Shown piece by piece: positions 35,281 through 47,400 of a stretch of DNA of 64,000 nucleotides. The notes under the pieces are model-generated. The model made no database searches. It saw only the letters and a program-made list of their open reading frames with translations, and was not told the origin of the DNA. The stretch's first letter is position 1; the number at the start of each line of letters is the position of its first letter. The position numbers were made by a program, and so were the translations under genes. Origin of the DNA: Hemiscyllium ocellatum (lineage: Eukaryota); assembly GCF_020745735.1 (NCBI RefSeq), contig NC_083422.1, positions 61,504,001 through 61,568,000 of the forward strand, given 5' to 3'.

Positions 35281-35710
35281 CAGGGTGGGAGGATTTGAGC
35301 TATAGGGAGAGGCTGAAGAGGCTGAGGGGTGACATAAAGAGGTTTATGGATTCATGAGGGGCATGGATAGGATAAATAGACAAGGTCTTTTCCCTGGGGT
35401 CAGGGAGTCTAGAACTAGAGGGCATAGGTTTAGGGTGAGGGGGGTAAGATATAAAAGAGACCTAAGGGGCAACATTTTCATGCAGAGGGTGGTACGTGTA
35501 TGGAATGAGCTGCCAGAGGAAGTGGTGGAGGCTGGTACAATTACAACATTTAAGAGGCATTTGGATGGGTATATGAATAGGAAGGGTTTGGAGGGATATG
35601 GGCCAGGTGCTGGCAGGTGGGACTAGATTGGGTTGGGATATCTGGTCAGCATGAACGAGTTGGACCGAAGGGTCTATTTCCATGCTGTACATCTCAGTGA
35701 CTCTATGACA
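35281..35710 (+). mobile_element. CR1 3' fragment inserted in the Rex1/Babar element
   Basis: MRGMDRINRQGLFPGVRESRTRGHRFRVRG...RVVRVWNELPEEVVEAGTITTFKRHLD. Confidence 0.9.
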
Positions 35711-35871
35711 CTGTTTCTACACTGTACATCTCTGTGTCTCTATGACACTGTTTCTATGCGGTACATCTCTGTGTCTCTATGACACTGTTTCTATGCTGTA
35801 CATCTCAGTGACTCTATGACACTGTTTCTATGCTGTACATCTCAGTGACTCTATGTCACTGTTTCTATGCT
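35674..35871 (+). repeat. 37-bp tandem repeat (ctgtttctatgctgtacatctcagtgactctatgaca) x~5, formed from the CR1 3' terminus
   Basis: The first unit is the natural CR1 end (compare 29152-29183 and 36425-36460). Confidence 0.9.
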
Positions 35872-36289
35872 CTTCATCTCAATGAATCTCTGTAATTTCT
35901 TGCAGTCTTGGGAAGATCTGTTGTCATACCAAGCTGTGATGTATCCAGGTAGGGTACTCTCTGTGGTTTGTCTATAAAATGAATGAGTCATTGTGGACAT
36001 GCTGAATTTTGTGAGCCTCCTGAGGCAATAAAGGCATGGCTGTGCTTTCCTGACTGTCGTGTCGCTGTGTCTGGGCCAGGACAGACTGTCGGTGATATCT
36101 CCTCCTAGGAACTTGATGCTGTTGGCCATCTCCCCCTCAGCCCCACTGACACAGACAGGGGTGTGCCCTGCACTCCACATACTGAAGTCAGTGACCAGCT
36201 CCTTCGTTCAGCTGACATTGAGGGAGAGATTGTTGTCTATACACCATGGCTATCTGCACTTTATCTCCATCCTGTATTCTGTCATGTAC

Positions 36290-36462
36290 TATTGCAGCAT
36301 TTAAAAGGCATTTGGATGGGTATATGAATAGGAAGGGTTTGGAGAGATATGGGCCGGGTGCTGGCAGGTGGGACTAGGTTGGGTTGGGATATCTGGTCGG
36401 CGTGGACGGGTTGGACCGAAGGGTCTGTTTCTGTGCTGTACATCTCGATGAGCCTATGACTA
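36290..36462 (+). mobile_element. Short CR1 3' end inserted in the Rex1/Babar element
   Basis: Near-identical to 35535-35705. Confidence 0.85.
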
Positions 36463-36870
36463 TGTCATTGTTTAAGATCTGACCCTCCGTGGTGATGTCA
36501 TCAGCAAATTTGTGACTGGAGTTTGAGCTACCTTTGGCCTCAGAGCTGTGTGTGTATAAGGGGCAGAGAATGACCCCTTGCACAGCCCCAGTTTGTACAG
36601 ATTATTGTGGGGGATGTGTTGTCAACAATCCTCACTGTTTGCGGTCTGTGGGTCAGCACGTGGAGGATCCAGTTACACAGGGGCAAGCAGCAGGCCTCAG
36701 TCTCAGAGTTTAGAGATAAGTTTGCTTGTAATTCAGATGTTGAAGGCAGAGCTGTAGTCGATAAGAAGGAGTCTGACACATACCCTTGTTATCCAGATGT
36801 TCCAGGATAAGTATAGGGCTAGGGAGGTGGAGTCTGCTCTGGACCCATTATGATGGTAAGATCAAGGCAA

Positions 36871-37294
36871 TCTGTGTGTGTTTGTCTGTGTGTGAGAGAG
36901 AAGAAAGAGAGAGTGTGTATCTGTGTGTGCGTGTGCGCATGTGTGTACGAGAGAGAGAGAGTTTCTNNNNNNNNNNNNNNNNNNNNNNNNNNNNNNNNNN
37001 NNNNNNNNNNNNNNNNNNNNNNNNNNNNNNNNNNNNNNNNNNNNNNNNNNNNNNNNNNNNNNNNNNNNNNNNNNNNNNNNNNNNNNNNNNNNNNNNGAGT
37101 GAGTATCTGTGTGTGTGTGTATATATATATATGAGAGAGGGAGAGAGTGTGTGCGTGAGAGAGANNNNNNNNNNNNNNNNNNNNNNNNNNNNNNNNNNNN
37201 NNNNNNNNNNNNNNNNNNNNNNNNNNNNNNNNNNNNNNNNNNNNNNNNNNNNNNNNNNNNNNNNNNNNNNNNNNNNNNNNNNNNNNNNNNNNNN
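36871..37294. repeat. (GT)n/(GA)n microsatellite with two assembly gaps (N 36967-37096 and 37165-37294)
   Basis: Directly visible. Confidence 0.9.
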
Positions 37295-38181
37295 GTGGAG
37301 GTGTAGATTGGAAAATCATGAGATAGTGGGACATAGCTGTCCTTTGCATTTTTCTGTCATTTCTGCAGTTCACACCTTCTGTGTAAACTCATTGGTTTGA
37401 TCTGTCAGTGACATTTTGATGGTGAGACTCTAAATCTGTCAGATAAATCCAAGTGTCAGCTCCACATCAGACTGACAGACACAGAGTGCTGTGTGTCAGT
37501 GCCACGTTTAGGATGAATTTAACTCCAAGCGTTTCTGACACTGAAACCCCAGAGCAGATGAAGAGCAATCCCATTTCATTTCTGAAAGTTTGCCAATGAA
37601 GCGTGTAAACAAACATTCATTAATGGATGATAAAAGTGAAGAGGGTGGGTACCGGGATCCAGGGCCTGGGATGTTGCTATGGGATACGGAGAAGAGTAAC
37701 AAAGGCTCATCGCATCTTTCTTCACACTGGAGAGAAGGAACTGAACTAATCATGTCATCACTGAAGATTGGATGGAAAGGGGTAGGGGAGGAAGGTGGAA
37801 GAGATATGCAGGGAGAGGAGAATGCATGTCTTCATGACCCACCATGTTAGGGTTGGTGTCAAACCCACGCTCATGGCTTTACAGTCACTAACCCAACATT
37901 GCTAACTGAGCCCTTGCTTCCAGGGGACATGGACTCAATCCCACCAAATGTAAACTCTGGGACTGCGAGCATCAATACAATCCCCATCAGTCATTTATAA
38001 AAACTCATCCACTTCACAAAGCTCCTTTAAGGGATGAAATCTGCTGGCCTTACCTGGTCTGAGCTCCATGTGACTCCAGACCCACAGCCTGTCTTCCCTG
38101 CTCTCTGAAATGCCTCACAAGCTGAATAGTTCAACGGTAGTTAGGGCCAGGCAGCAAATGCAATTTTGGGCATTAACATCA

Positions 38182-38312
38182 GTGGCATGGTGGCACAGTG
38201 GTTAGCACTGCTGCCTCACAGTGGCAGGGTCTCAGGTTCAATTCCAGCCTCGGGCGACTGTAAGTGTGGAGTTTGCACATTCTCCCCATGTCTGCTTGGG
38301 TTTCCTCCCACA
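38182..38312 (+). mobile_element. HE1-type SINE 5' portion
   Basis: ggcatggtggcacagtggttagcactgctgcctcacag...ggttcaattcc...gtgtggagtttgcacattctcccc. Confidence 0.85.
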
Positions 38313-39117
38313 GTCATTTAGAAACTGTGTGAAATAATTAATTTAGCCTTCAATCTGGATTTTGATCTTTGAAATTTTGTTTATCCCATCCATTTCCTTT
38401 ATGCTTTCACAGTAAAACCTTCTGACTCTTATCTGTCTGAACCTGTGTTTTTATGGGTTTTAAAGGGGTATGGATGAAGTTGCACTGTAGTAAAGTAGAT
38501 ATTCTTTCCTTTCTCCAAACTTGTTGAAGTTGGTGTGTTAACATGGAGATATTTTCTATTCAGGATGAAATCTGGTGTGAATTGCTATTAGGGGTTAGTT
38601 CCCACACCTGACTGATCTGTTCAGTGGGTGCGGCAAATACAGCTACTTGGTTGATCCGTGAGACATGTTCCTTTGCCAATAAATTCTTACTAGAGTACCT
38701 ATTGATGTCATAAAGTTAACTGATGAGTTATAGGCAGAGCTGGGTGGACAAAAAGCAGTAAGTTTTTGAAAAGCACCGTTTGCTACCTCAGAAACCAGCA
38801 GTCAGGTGATGTAAGCAATATATCAGAGCAGACTTCTGACAGAATAGAGTTAAAAATTTAAAAGAGCTTTTATGAACCTGGACTGAAATTAAATTTAAAA
38901 CTCTCAGTGACAGCAGGGTAATTTTTCCAGATAAATGTAATGAGTGAGGTTAGTTATCTACTGCAAGTTTGTTTTGGATCTAAGATCAATCCTGGTCACT
39001 TTGGGCTGCCAAGATTGGCAAAGGAATTTTCTAATTTTCTTCTATCCAGCAAGGAATCCTGTCATTTAAATTAGCAACGCTTAAAGCTGTACTGTAATGA
39101 GTAACTGTGGATCACAC

Positions 39118-39275
39118 AAAGACAGAAACAGAGTTAGTGTTTCAAGCCCCACTGACACTTCTTCAAAACTTTGATTTTCTCTCTCTCTACAAATGCTGCC
39201 TGACTTGCTGGTTTCTCTGGCCACTTTCTGATTTTGTTTCAGATTTCCAGCATCTGCAGTATCCTTGCTTTGTTT
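39118..39275. mobile_element. Old inverted-repeat Penelope pLTR relic
   Basis: gaaacagagttagtgtttcaag...cttcttcaaaac...aaatgctgcctgacttgctg...ttccagcatctgcagt, similar to 865-1010 and 15311-15430. Confidence 0.5.
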
Positions 39276-41158
39276 TTGAGTATCTACAGCTGATGTTAGA
39301 AGGAACTGTGAATGAGCCCTGTCTATAGGACCCAAAGGCTTCCTTTTAATAGTCAGTCTAATGGAAGCGAGCCATCAGCGAGCCTGATAAAGGTACTCAA
39401 AGCTACAATTGCTTGGTGCATTTTGTACAGCCTGAACCTGAAATGGAAGTTACCTTTTCCAAACTGTCTCCACTGTACCATCCAAACAGATTGGAGGGGC
39501 ACAGGTGAGGGTGTCTGGTGAAAAGACTGCCTCAGGTGGTCATTTTCTCTGGCTTGTAAGTCACTATTCTTTCACCAGAAAGCTCTGTTGGAAGCAGGTA
39601 GCAATGAGGAAAGGGATTTCCCTCAGGAGGATGCCATGCATGTGGTTAGTGTAAAGCAGTGTATTTTGTTGGAGGTACATGTGAAGCCAGCAATGAGCCC
39701 CTTTTCCTAGCTTTGGGATCTTTCCTGACTCCTCATTTACTTAATGGAAGGTCCCTGGGCACTGAAGTTAGGAGCTACTGTTTAAAGTTAGTCACAGATT
39801 CAGAAAGATAAGCATTGCCACTTGATACAGAGATTCATTACAAAGCAATTAGCAGCCACTTCAGGGTCAGCCTGAAAGATGTGTTGGAAGATTGACTTGG
39901 AATGTCAGGGATGCGTGCTTGATCCCTGGAGCTGAGTCAGCTGATGTCAGTCGGCACGCAGTGTCAGGGTAAGGGGAGCCAACACTGCATTGATGGTATT
40001 CCTGAAGGTCTGATCACATGACATTCCATCACATGACATTCAATCACACATACACTTTGCAACTCTTCTTGTGTTGACCTTGTAACATTTGGGTCCCTCA
40101 GTAACCAAGTGTCTTCTCTTGTGCAGAATAAACACAAGACATGTTCAAAATATTCATTTTCTTGTTCGATGTGCCTGAAAAATATTGGCACAGTTTTGTA
40201 ATTGGTTGTTGTGAAGTTGCATTAGCCTCAGCTGGAGAGACTGAACATTCACTGCCTGAAGGTTTCATTTTCATCCTTTAGAATTAGGTCACAGGGTCCT
40301 GCTGTTGTGAGCTCCTGTCTCTGAAGGGAAGCTTCTTTAATTTGTACTAAAACACCACGTCAGGACATTGACTCATTGACGAACAGAATAGCAGTACAGA
40401 ATGAAATGGAAGTAAGTGAAATGACGGTACCGGAAATACAGCCAGGGGTGTAAAAGAGCTGTCCTTCAGCTGCTTGATGTCATTACAAAAGACACAGCTA
40501 CAGGGATCAGACTTCATTGAGAGAACCAAAAAGGAGATGCTGCCCATTGGTCAGATAATCCAGTCAATAACCTACTGACATGGGCATATAGGCTCCAATC
40601 CTGTCATTACTCTCAGTAATGGGAACCATAAGATTGTCATTGATTATTGTTAATAACTCATCCGGTCCAATAATGCCCTTTGGAAGCAATCTGCTGTCCC
40701 TCCCGGAATGTCTCCAAGGCTAGAACAGGTGAAGCCATTCCTCTCAGGGTCAATTATACGGATGGGCAATAATGGCAAGATGCACCTACTTCCCATAAAT
40801 ATTAACAAACATTCTCAAATAGGACAGGATCAGCTGACATGTCACATGATCAAACTTCTCAGCAGACATCACCAAACCAATGCGAGAGCATATGCGCTAA
40901 GCAATGTTGCTCACTGCTGCTCTCCCATCTCATTCAGCTGGACTCCAGTCACTTCTTCAGGGTCACACCATCTGCTCAGTTCAGCTAAAGTGCTCATGCT
41001 CTGAATGCTGATTTCAGGGGCACTGTGTATAGCTGTGAGGTATTGCTGATTTCTCGGGCACTGTGCAGATCTATGAGATATTGCCGATTTCCGGGAAACT
41101 GAGCAGAGCTGTGAGATATTGCTGATTTCAGGGGCACTGTGCAGAGCTGTGAGATATT

Positions 41159-41473
41159 TGTGGGCGGCATGGTGGCACAGTGGTTAGCACTGCTGCCTCA
41201 CAGCGCCTGAGACCCGGGTTCAATTCCCGACTCAGGCGATTGACTGTGTGGAGTTTGCACATTCTCCCCGTGTCTGCATGGGTTTCCTCTGGGTGCTCCG
41301 GTTTCCTCCCACAGTCCAAAGATGTGTGGGTCAGGTGAATTGGCCACGCTAAAATTGCCCGTAGTGTTAGGTAAGGGGTAAATGTAGGGGTAAGGGTGGG
41401 TTGCGCTTCGGCGGGTCGGTGTGGACTTGTTGGGCCGAAGGGCCTGTTTCCACACTGTAAGTAATCTAATCTA
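41159..41473 (+). mobile_element. Full-length HE1-type SINE inserted in the satellite
   Basis: A box tggcacagtgg at 41173-41183, B box ggttcaattcc at 41217-41227, CR1-like 3' end gggccgaagggcctgtttcc, and a (taatc)n tail. The satellite resumes in register on both sides. Confidence 0.95.
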
Positions 41474-44400
41474 ATTGCTGATTTCAGGGCCAATGTGTGG
41501 AGCTCTGAGATATTGCTGATTTTGGGGCACTGTGCATAGCTGTGAGATATTGCTGATTTCAATGGCACTGTGCAGAGGTGTGAGATATTGCTGAGTTCAG
41601 GGGCATTGTGCAGAGCTGTGAGATATTGCTGAGTTCAGGGGCACTGTGCCGAGCTATGAGATATTGCTGATTTCAGGGGCGCTTTGCACAGCAGTGAGAT
41701 ATTGCTGAGTTCAGGGGCATAGTGAAGTGATGTGAGGTATTACTTATATCAGGGGTACTGTTCAGAGCTGTGAGATATTGTTGATATCAGGCGCACTGTT
41801 CAGAGCTGTGAGATATTGTTGATATCAGGGGCACTGTTCAGAGCTGTGAGATATTGATGATATCAGGGGCAATGTTCAGAGCTGTGAGATACTGCTGAGT
41901 TCCGGGTCACCGTGCAGAGCTATGTGATATTGCAGATTTCTGGGGCATTGTGCAAAGCTATGAGATATTGATGATTTCATGGGCACTGTGCAGGTCTATG
42001 AGATATTGCCGATATCAGGGAAAATGAGCAGAGCTGTGAGATATTGCTGATTTCAGGGTCACTGTTCAGAGCTGTGAGATATTGCTGATTTCAGGGGCAC
42101 TGTGCAGAGTGTGAGATATTGTTGATTTCAGGGACACTGTGCAGAGCTGTGAGATATTGCTGATTTCAGGGACACTGTGCAGAGCAGTGAGATATTGCTG
42201 ATTTCAGGGGCTCTGTGCAGAGCCCTGAGATATTGCTGATTTCAGGGGCTCGGTGCAGAGCTGTGAGATATTGCTGATTTCATGGGCACTGTTCAGAGCT
42301 GTGAGATATTCCTGATTTCAGGGCCACTGTGCAGAGCTATGTGATATTGCAGGTTTCTGGGGCATTGTGCAAAGCTATGAGACCTTGTTGATTTCAGGGT
42401 GACTGCTCAGAGTTGTGAGATATTGCTGATTTCAGGGGCACTGTGCAGAGTGTGAGATATTGTTGATTTCAGTGGGAACTGTGCAGAGCTGTGAGATATT
42501 GTAGATTTCAGGGGCACTGTTCAGAGCTATGAGATATTGCTGATTTCAGGGACACTGTGCAGAGCTGTGAGATATTGCTGATTTCAGGGGCACTGTACAG
42601 AGCTATGAGATATTGCTGATTTCAGGGGCACTGTGCCGAGCTATGAAATATTGCTGATTTCAGGAGCGCTTTGCACAGCAGTGAGATATTGCTGAGTTCA
42701 GGGGCATAGTGAAGTGATGTGAGGTATTACTTATATCGGGGCACAGTTCAGAGCTGTGAGATATTGTTGATATCAGGGGCACTGTGCAGAGTTGTGAGAC
42801 ATCGCTGATTTCAGGGGCAATCTGTGGAGCACTGAGATATTTCTGATTTCAGGGGCACTGTGCAGAACTGTGAGATATTGCTGATTTTAGGGGCACTGTT
42901 CAGAGCTGTGAGATATTGCTGATTTCAGGGGTGCTTTTTATATCTGTGAGATATTGCTGATTACTGGGGCACTGTGCAGAGCTGTGAGATATTGCTGATT
43001 TCAGTGGCACTGTGCAGAGCTGTGAGATATTGCTGATTTCAGTGGCACTGTTCAGAGCTGTGAGACATTGCTCAATTCAGGGGCACTGTGCAGAACTATG
43101 AGATATTGCTGATTTCAGGGGTGCCGTTCATATCTGTGAGGTATTGCTGATTTCTGGGGCACTGTACAGAGCTGTGAGATATTGCTAATTTCAGGCGCAC
43201 TGTGCAGAGTTGTGAGATATTGCTGATTTTGGGGCAATGTTCATATCTGTGAGATATTGGTGATTTCAGGGTCAGTGTTAAGAAATGTGAGATATTGCTG
43301 ATTTCATGGTCTCTGCGCAGTTCTATGAGATATTGCTGATTTCAGGGAAAATGAGCAGAGCTGTGAGATATTGCTGATTCCAGGGGCACTGCTTAGAGTT
43401 GTGACATATTGTTGATTTCAGGGGCACTGTGCAGTGCTGTGAGATATTGTTGATTTCACGGGCACTGCTTAGAGTTGTGAGATATTGCTGATTTCAGGGG
43501 CACTGTTCAGAGCTGTGAGGTATTGTTGATTTCAGGGTCACTGTGCAGTGCTGTGAGATATTGTTTATTTCACGTGCACTGTTTAGAGTTGTGAGATATT
43601 GCTGATTTCACGGCCACTGCACAGAACTGTGAGATATTGCTGATTTCGGCGGCACCGTGCAGTGCTGTGAGATATTGCTGAAGTCAGTGGCACTGTTCAG
43701 AGCTGTGAGGTATTGCTGATGTCCATGGCACTGTTCAGAGCTATGCAATATTGCTGATTTCTACGGCACTGTGCAGAGCTATGTGATATTGCAGTTTTCT
43801 GGGGCCTTGTGCAAAGCTATGAGATATTGCTGCTTTCAGTGGCACTGTTCATATCTGTGAGATATTAAAGATTTCAGGGGCACTGTTCAGAACTGTGAGA
43901 TATTGCTGATTTCATGGGCACTGCACAGATCTGTGAGATATTGCTGATTTCAATGGCACTGTGCAGAGGTGTGAGATATTGCTGAGTTCAGGGGCATTGT
44001 GTAGAGCTGTGAGATATTGCTGATTTCAGGCGCACTGTTCAGAGCTGTGAGATATTGCTGAGTTCAGGGGCACTGTTCAGAGCTGTGAGATATTGCTGAT
44101 TTCTGGGACACTCTGCACAACAGTGAGATATTGCTGATTTCAGGGGCATAGTGAAGTGATGTGAGATATTTCTGATTTCAGGGGCACTGTTCAGAGCTGT
44201 GAGATATTCCTGATTTCCGGGCCACTGTGCAGAGCTATGTGATATTGCAGGTTTCTGGGGCAATGTGTAAAGCTATGAGATCTTGTTTATTTCAGGGTGA
44301 CTACTCAGAGCTGTGAGATATTGCTGATTTCAGGGGCACTGTGCAGAGTGTGAGATATTGTTGATTTCAGTGGGAACTGTGCAGAGCTGTGAGATATTGT

Positions 44401-47400
44401 AGATTTCAGGGGCACTGTTCAGAGCTATGAGATATTGCTGATTTCAGGGACACTGTGCAGAGCTGTGAGATATTGTTGATTTCAGGGGCACTGCTCAGAG
44501 GTGTGAGATATTGCTGATTTCAGGGGCACTGTGCCGAGCTATGAGATATTGCTGATTTCAGGGGCGCTATGCACAGCAGTGAGATATTGCTGAGTTCAGG
44601 GGCATAGTGAAGTGATGTGAGGTATTGCTTATATCAGGGGCACTGTTCAGAGCTGTGAGACATCGCTGATTTCAGGGGCAATCTGTGGAGCACTGAGATA
44701 TTTCTGATTTCAGGGGCACTGTGCAGAACTGTGAGATATTGCTGATTTTAGGGGCACTGTTCAGAGCTGTGAGATATTGCTAATTTCTGGGGCACTGTGC
44801 AGAGTTGTGAGATATTGCTGATTTCAGGGGTGCTTTTCATATCTGTGAGATATTGCTGATTACTGGGGCACTGTGCAGAGCTGTGAGATATTGCTGATTT
44901 CAGTGGCACTGTGCAGAGCTGTGAGATATTGCTGATTTCAGTGGCACTGTTCAGAGCTGTGAGACATTGCTCAATTCAGGGGCACTGTGCAGAACTATGA
45001 GATATTGCTGATTTCAGGGGTGCCGTTCATATCTGTGAGATATTGCTGATTTCTGGGGCACTGTACAGAGCTGTGAGATATTGCTAATTTCAGGAGCACT
45101 GTGCAGAGTTGTGAGATATTGCTGATTTTGGGGCAATGTTCAGAGCTGTGAGGTATTGCTGATTGCATGGACACTGTTCAGAGCTGTGAGATATTGCTGA
45201 TTTCAGGGGCACTGTTCATATCTGTGAGATATTGGTGATTTCAGGGTCAGTGTTAAGAACTGTGAGATATTGCTGATTTCATGGTCTCTGTGCAGTTCTA
45301 TGAGATATTGCTGATTTCAGGGAAAATGAGCAGAGCTGTGAGATATTGCTGATTTCAGGGGCACTGCTTAGAGTTGTGAGATATTGTTGATTTCAGGGGC
45401 ACTGTGCAGTGCTGTGAGATATTGTTGATTTCGCGGGCACTGCTTAGAGTTGTGAGATATTGTTGATTTCAGGGGCACTGTGCAGAGGTGTGAGGTATTA
45501 CTGATTTCAGGGACACTATTCAGAGCTATAAGACATTGCTGATTTCCATGGCACTGTTCAGAGCTGTGAGATATTGCTGATTTCAGGGGCAATGTGCGGA
45601 GCTATGAGATATTGTGATTTCATGGGCACGGTACCGAGCTGTGAGATATTGCTGATTTAACGGGCACTCTGCACATTAGTGAGATATTGCTGAGTTCAGG
45701 GTCATAATAAATTGATGTGAGGATATTGCTGATATCAGGGGCACTCTTCAGAGCTATGAGATATTGCTGATTTCTGGGTCACCGTGAAGAGCTATGTGAT
45801 ATTGCAGATTTCTGGGGCATTGTGCAAAGCTATGAGATATTGTTGATTTCAGAGTCACTGCTCAGAACTGTGAGGTATTGCTGATTTCAGGGGCACCGTT
45901 CAGAGCTTTCAGATATTGCTGATTTCAGGGGCACTATTCAAAGATGTGAGATATTGCTGATTTCAGGGGCACTATTCAAAGATGTGTGATATTGCTGATT
46001 TCAGGGGCACTATTCAAAGATGTGAGATATTGCTGATTTCAGGGGCACTATTCAAAGATGTGTGATATTGCTGATTTCAGCGGCACTACTCAAAGATGTG
46101 AGATATTGCTGATTTCAGGGGCACTGTGCAGAGCTGTTAGATATTGTTTATTTCACGTGCACTGTTTAGAGTTGTGAGACATTGTTGATTTCTGGGACAC
46201 TGCTCAGAGCTATGAGATATTGCTGATTTCACGGCCACTGCACAGAACTGTGAGATATTGCTGATTTCAGCGGCACCGTGCAGTGCTGTGAGATATTGCT
46301 GAAGTCAGTGGCACTGTTCAGAGCTGTGAGGTATTGCTGATGTCCATGGCACTGTTCAGAGCTATGCAATATAGCTGATTTCTACGGCACTGTGCAGAGC
46401 TTTGTGATATTGCAGTTTTCTGGGGCCTTGTGCAAAGCTATGAGATATTGCTGCTTTCAGTGGCACTGTTCATATCTGTGAGATATTGCTGATTTCAGTA
46501 GAAATGAGCAGAGCTGTGAGGTATTGATGATTTCAGGGGCACTGTTCAGAGCTGTGAGGTATTGCTGATTATAGGGGCACTGTACAGAGCTGTGAGATAT
46601 TATTGTTTTTTGGGGCACTGTTTAGAGTTGTGAGATATTCTTAATTTCAGGGGCACTGTGCAGAGGTGTGAGATATTGCTGATTTCAGGGACACTGTTCA
46701 GAGCTTTGAGATATTGCTGATTTCAGGGGCACATTTCAGAGATGTGAGATATTGCTGATTTCAGGGGCACTGTGCAGAGCTGTGAGATATTGCTGATTTC
46801 ACGGACACTGTTTAGAGTTGTGAGATATTTTTGATTTTGGCTGCACTGTTCAGAGCTGTGAGATATTGCTGATGTCAGTGGCACTGTTCATATCTGTGAG
46901 ATGATGATTTCAGGGTCACTGTTCAGAACTGTGAGATATTGCTGATTTTATGGGCACTGCACAGATCTGTGAGATGTTGCTGATTTCAGGGAAAATGAGC
47001 AGAGCTGTGAGGTATTGAAGATTTCAGTGGCACTGTTCAGAGCTGTGAGATATTGCTGATTTCAGGGGCACTGTGCATAGCTGTGAGATATTGCTGATTT
47101 CAGGGGCATTATGCAGAGCTATGAGATATTGCTGATTTCAGGTGCACTTTGCCGAGCTATGAGATATTGCTGATATCATGGACACTGTGCAGAGCTGTTA
47201 GATATGTCTGACCACCTCGGCACTGCGCAGATCTATGAGATATAGCCGATTTCAGGGGAAATGAGCAGAGCTGTGAGAGATTGATGAATTCATGGGCACT
47301 GTTCAGAGCTGTGAGATATTGCTGATTTCGACGGCACTGTTCAGGTCTGTGCGATATTGCTGATTTCGGCTGCATTGTTCAGAGTCGTGAGGTAGTGCTG

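Larger units (their letters stand above)
34881..36870 (-). mobile_element. Rex1/Babar-type LINE (RT to 3' end), decayed and interrupted by two CR1 3' fragments
   Basis: CNWILHVLTHRPQTVRIVDNTSPTII, QGVILCPLYTH...HKFADDITT and IKFLGGDITDSLSW...VRKAQPCLYCLRRL...ITAWY...DCKKLQR. Has an (AAATC)n tail at 34881-34900. Confidence 0.85.

Noticed and set aside
35674-35871. Faint resemblance of the 37-bp CR1-tail repeat to the reverse complement of the 38-bp satellite (atctca..ctct..aca.tg)
   Set aside because: Too short and gapped to support common origin without a statistical alignment.
34183-37400. ORFs running through X residues
   Set aside because: Artefacts of N gaps and GT/GA microsatellites.
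41163-41235. tRNA-like sequence with A and B boxes (also near 14670-14740, 23700-23770, 30826-30905 and 38182-38250)
   Set aside because: These are SINE heads followed by SINE bodies, and there is no complete cloverleaf.
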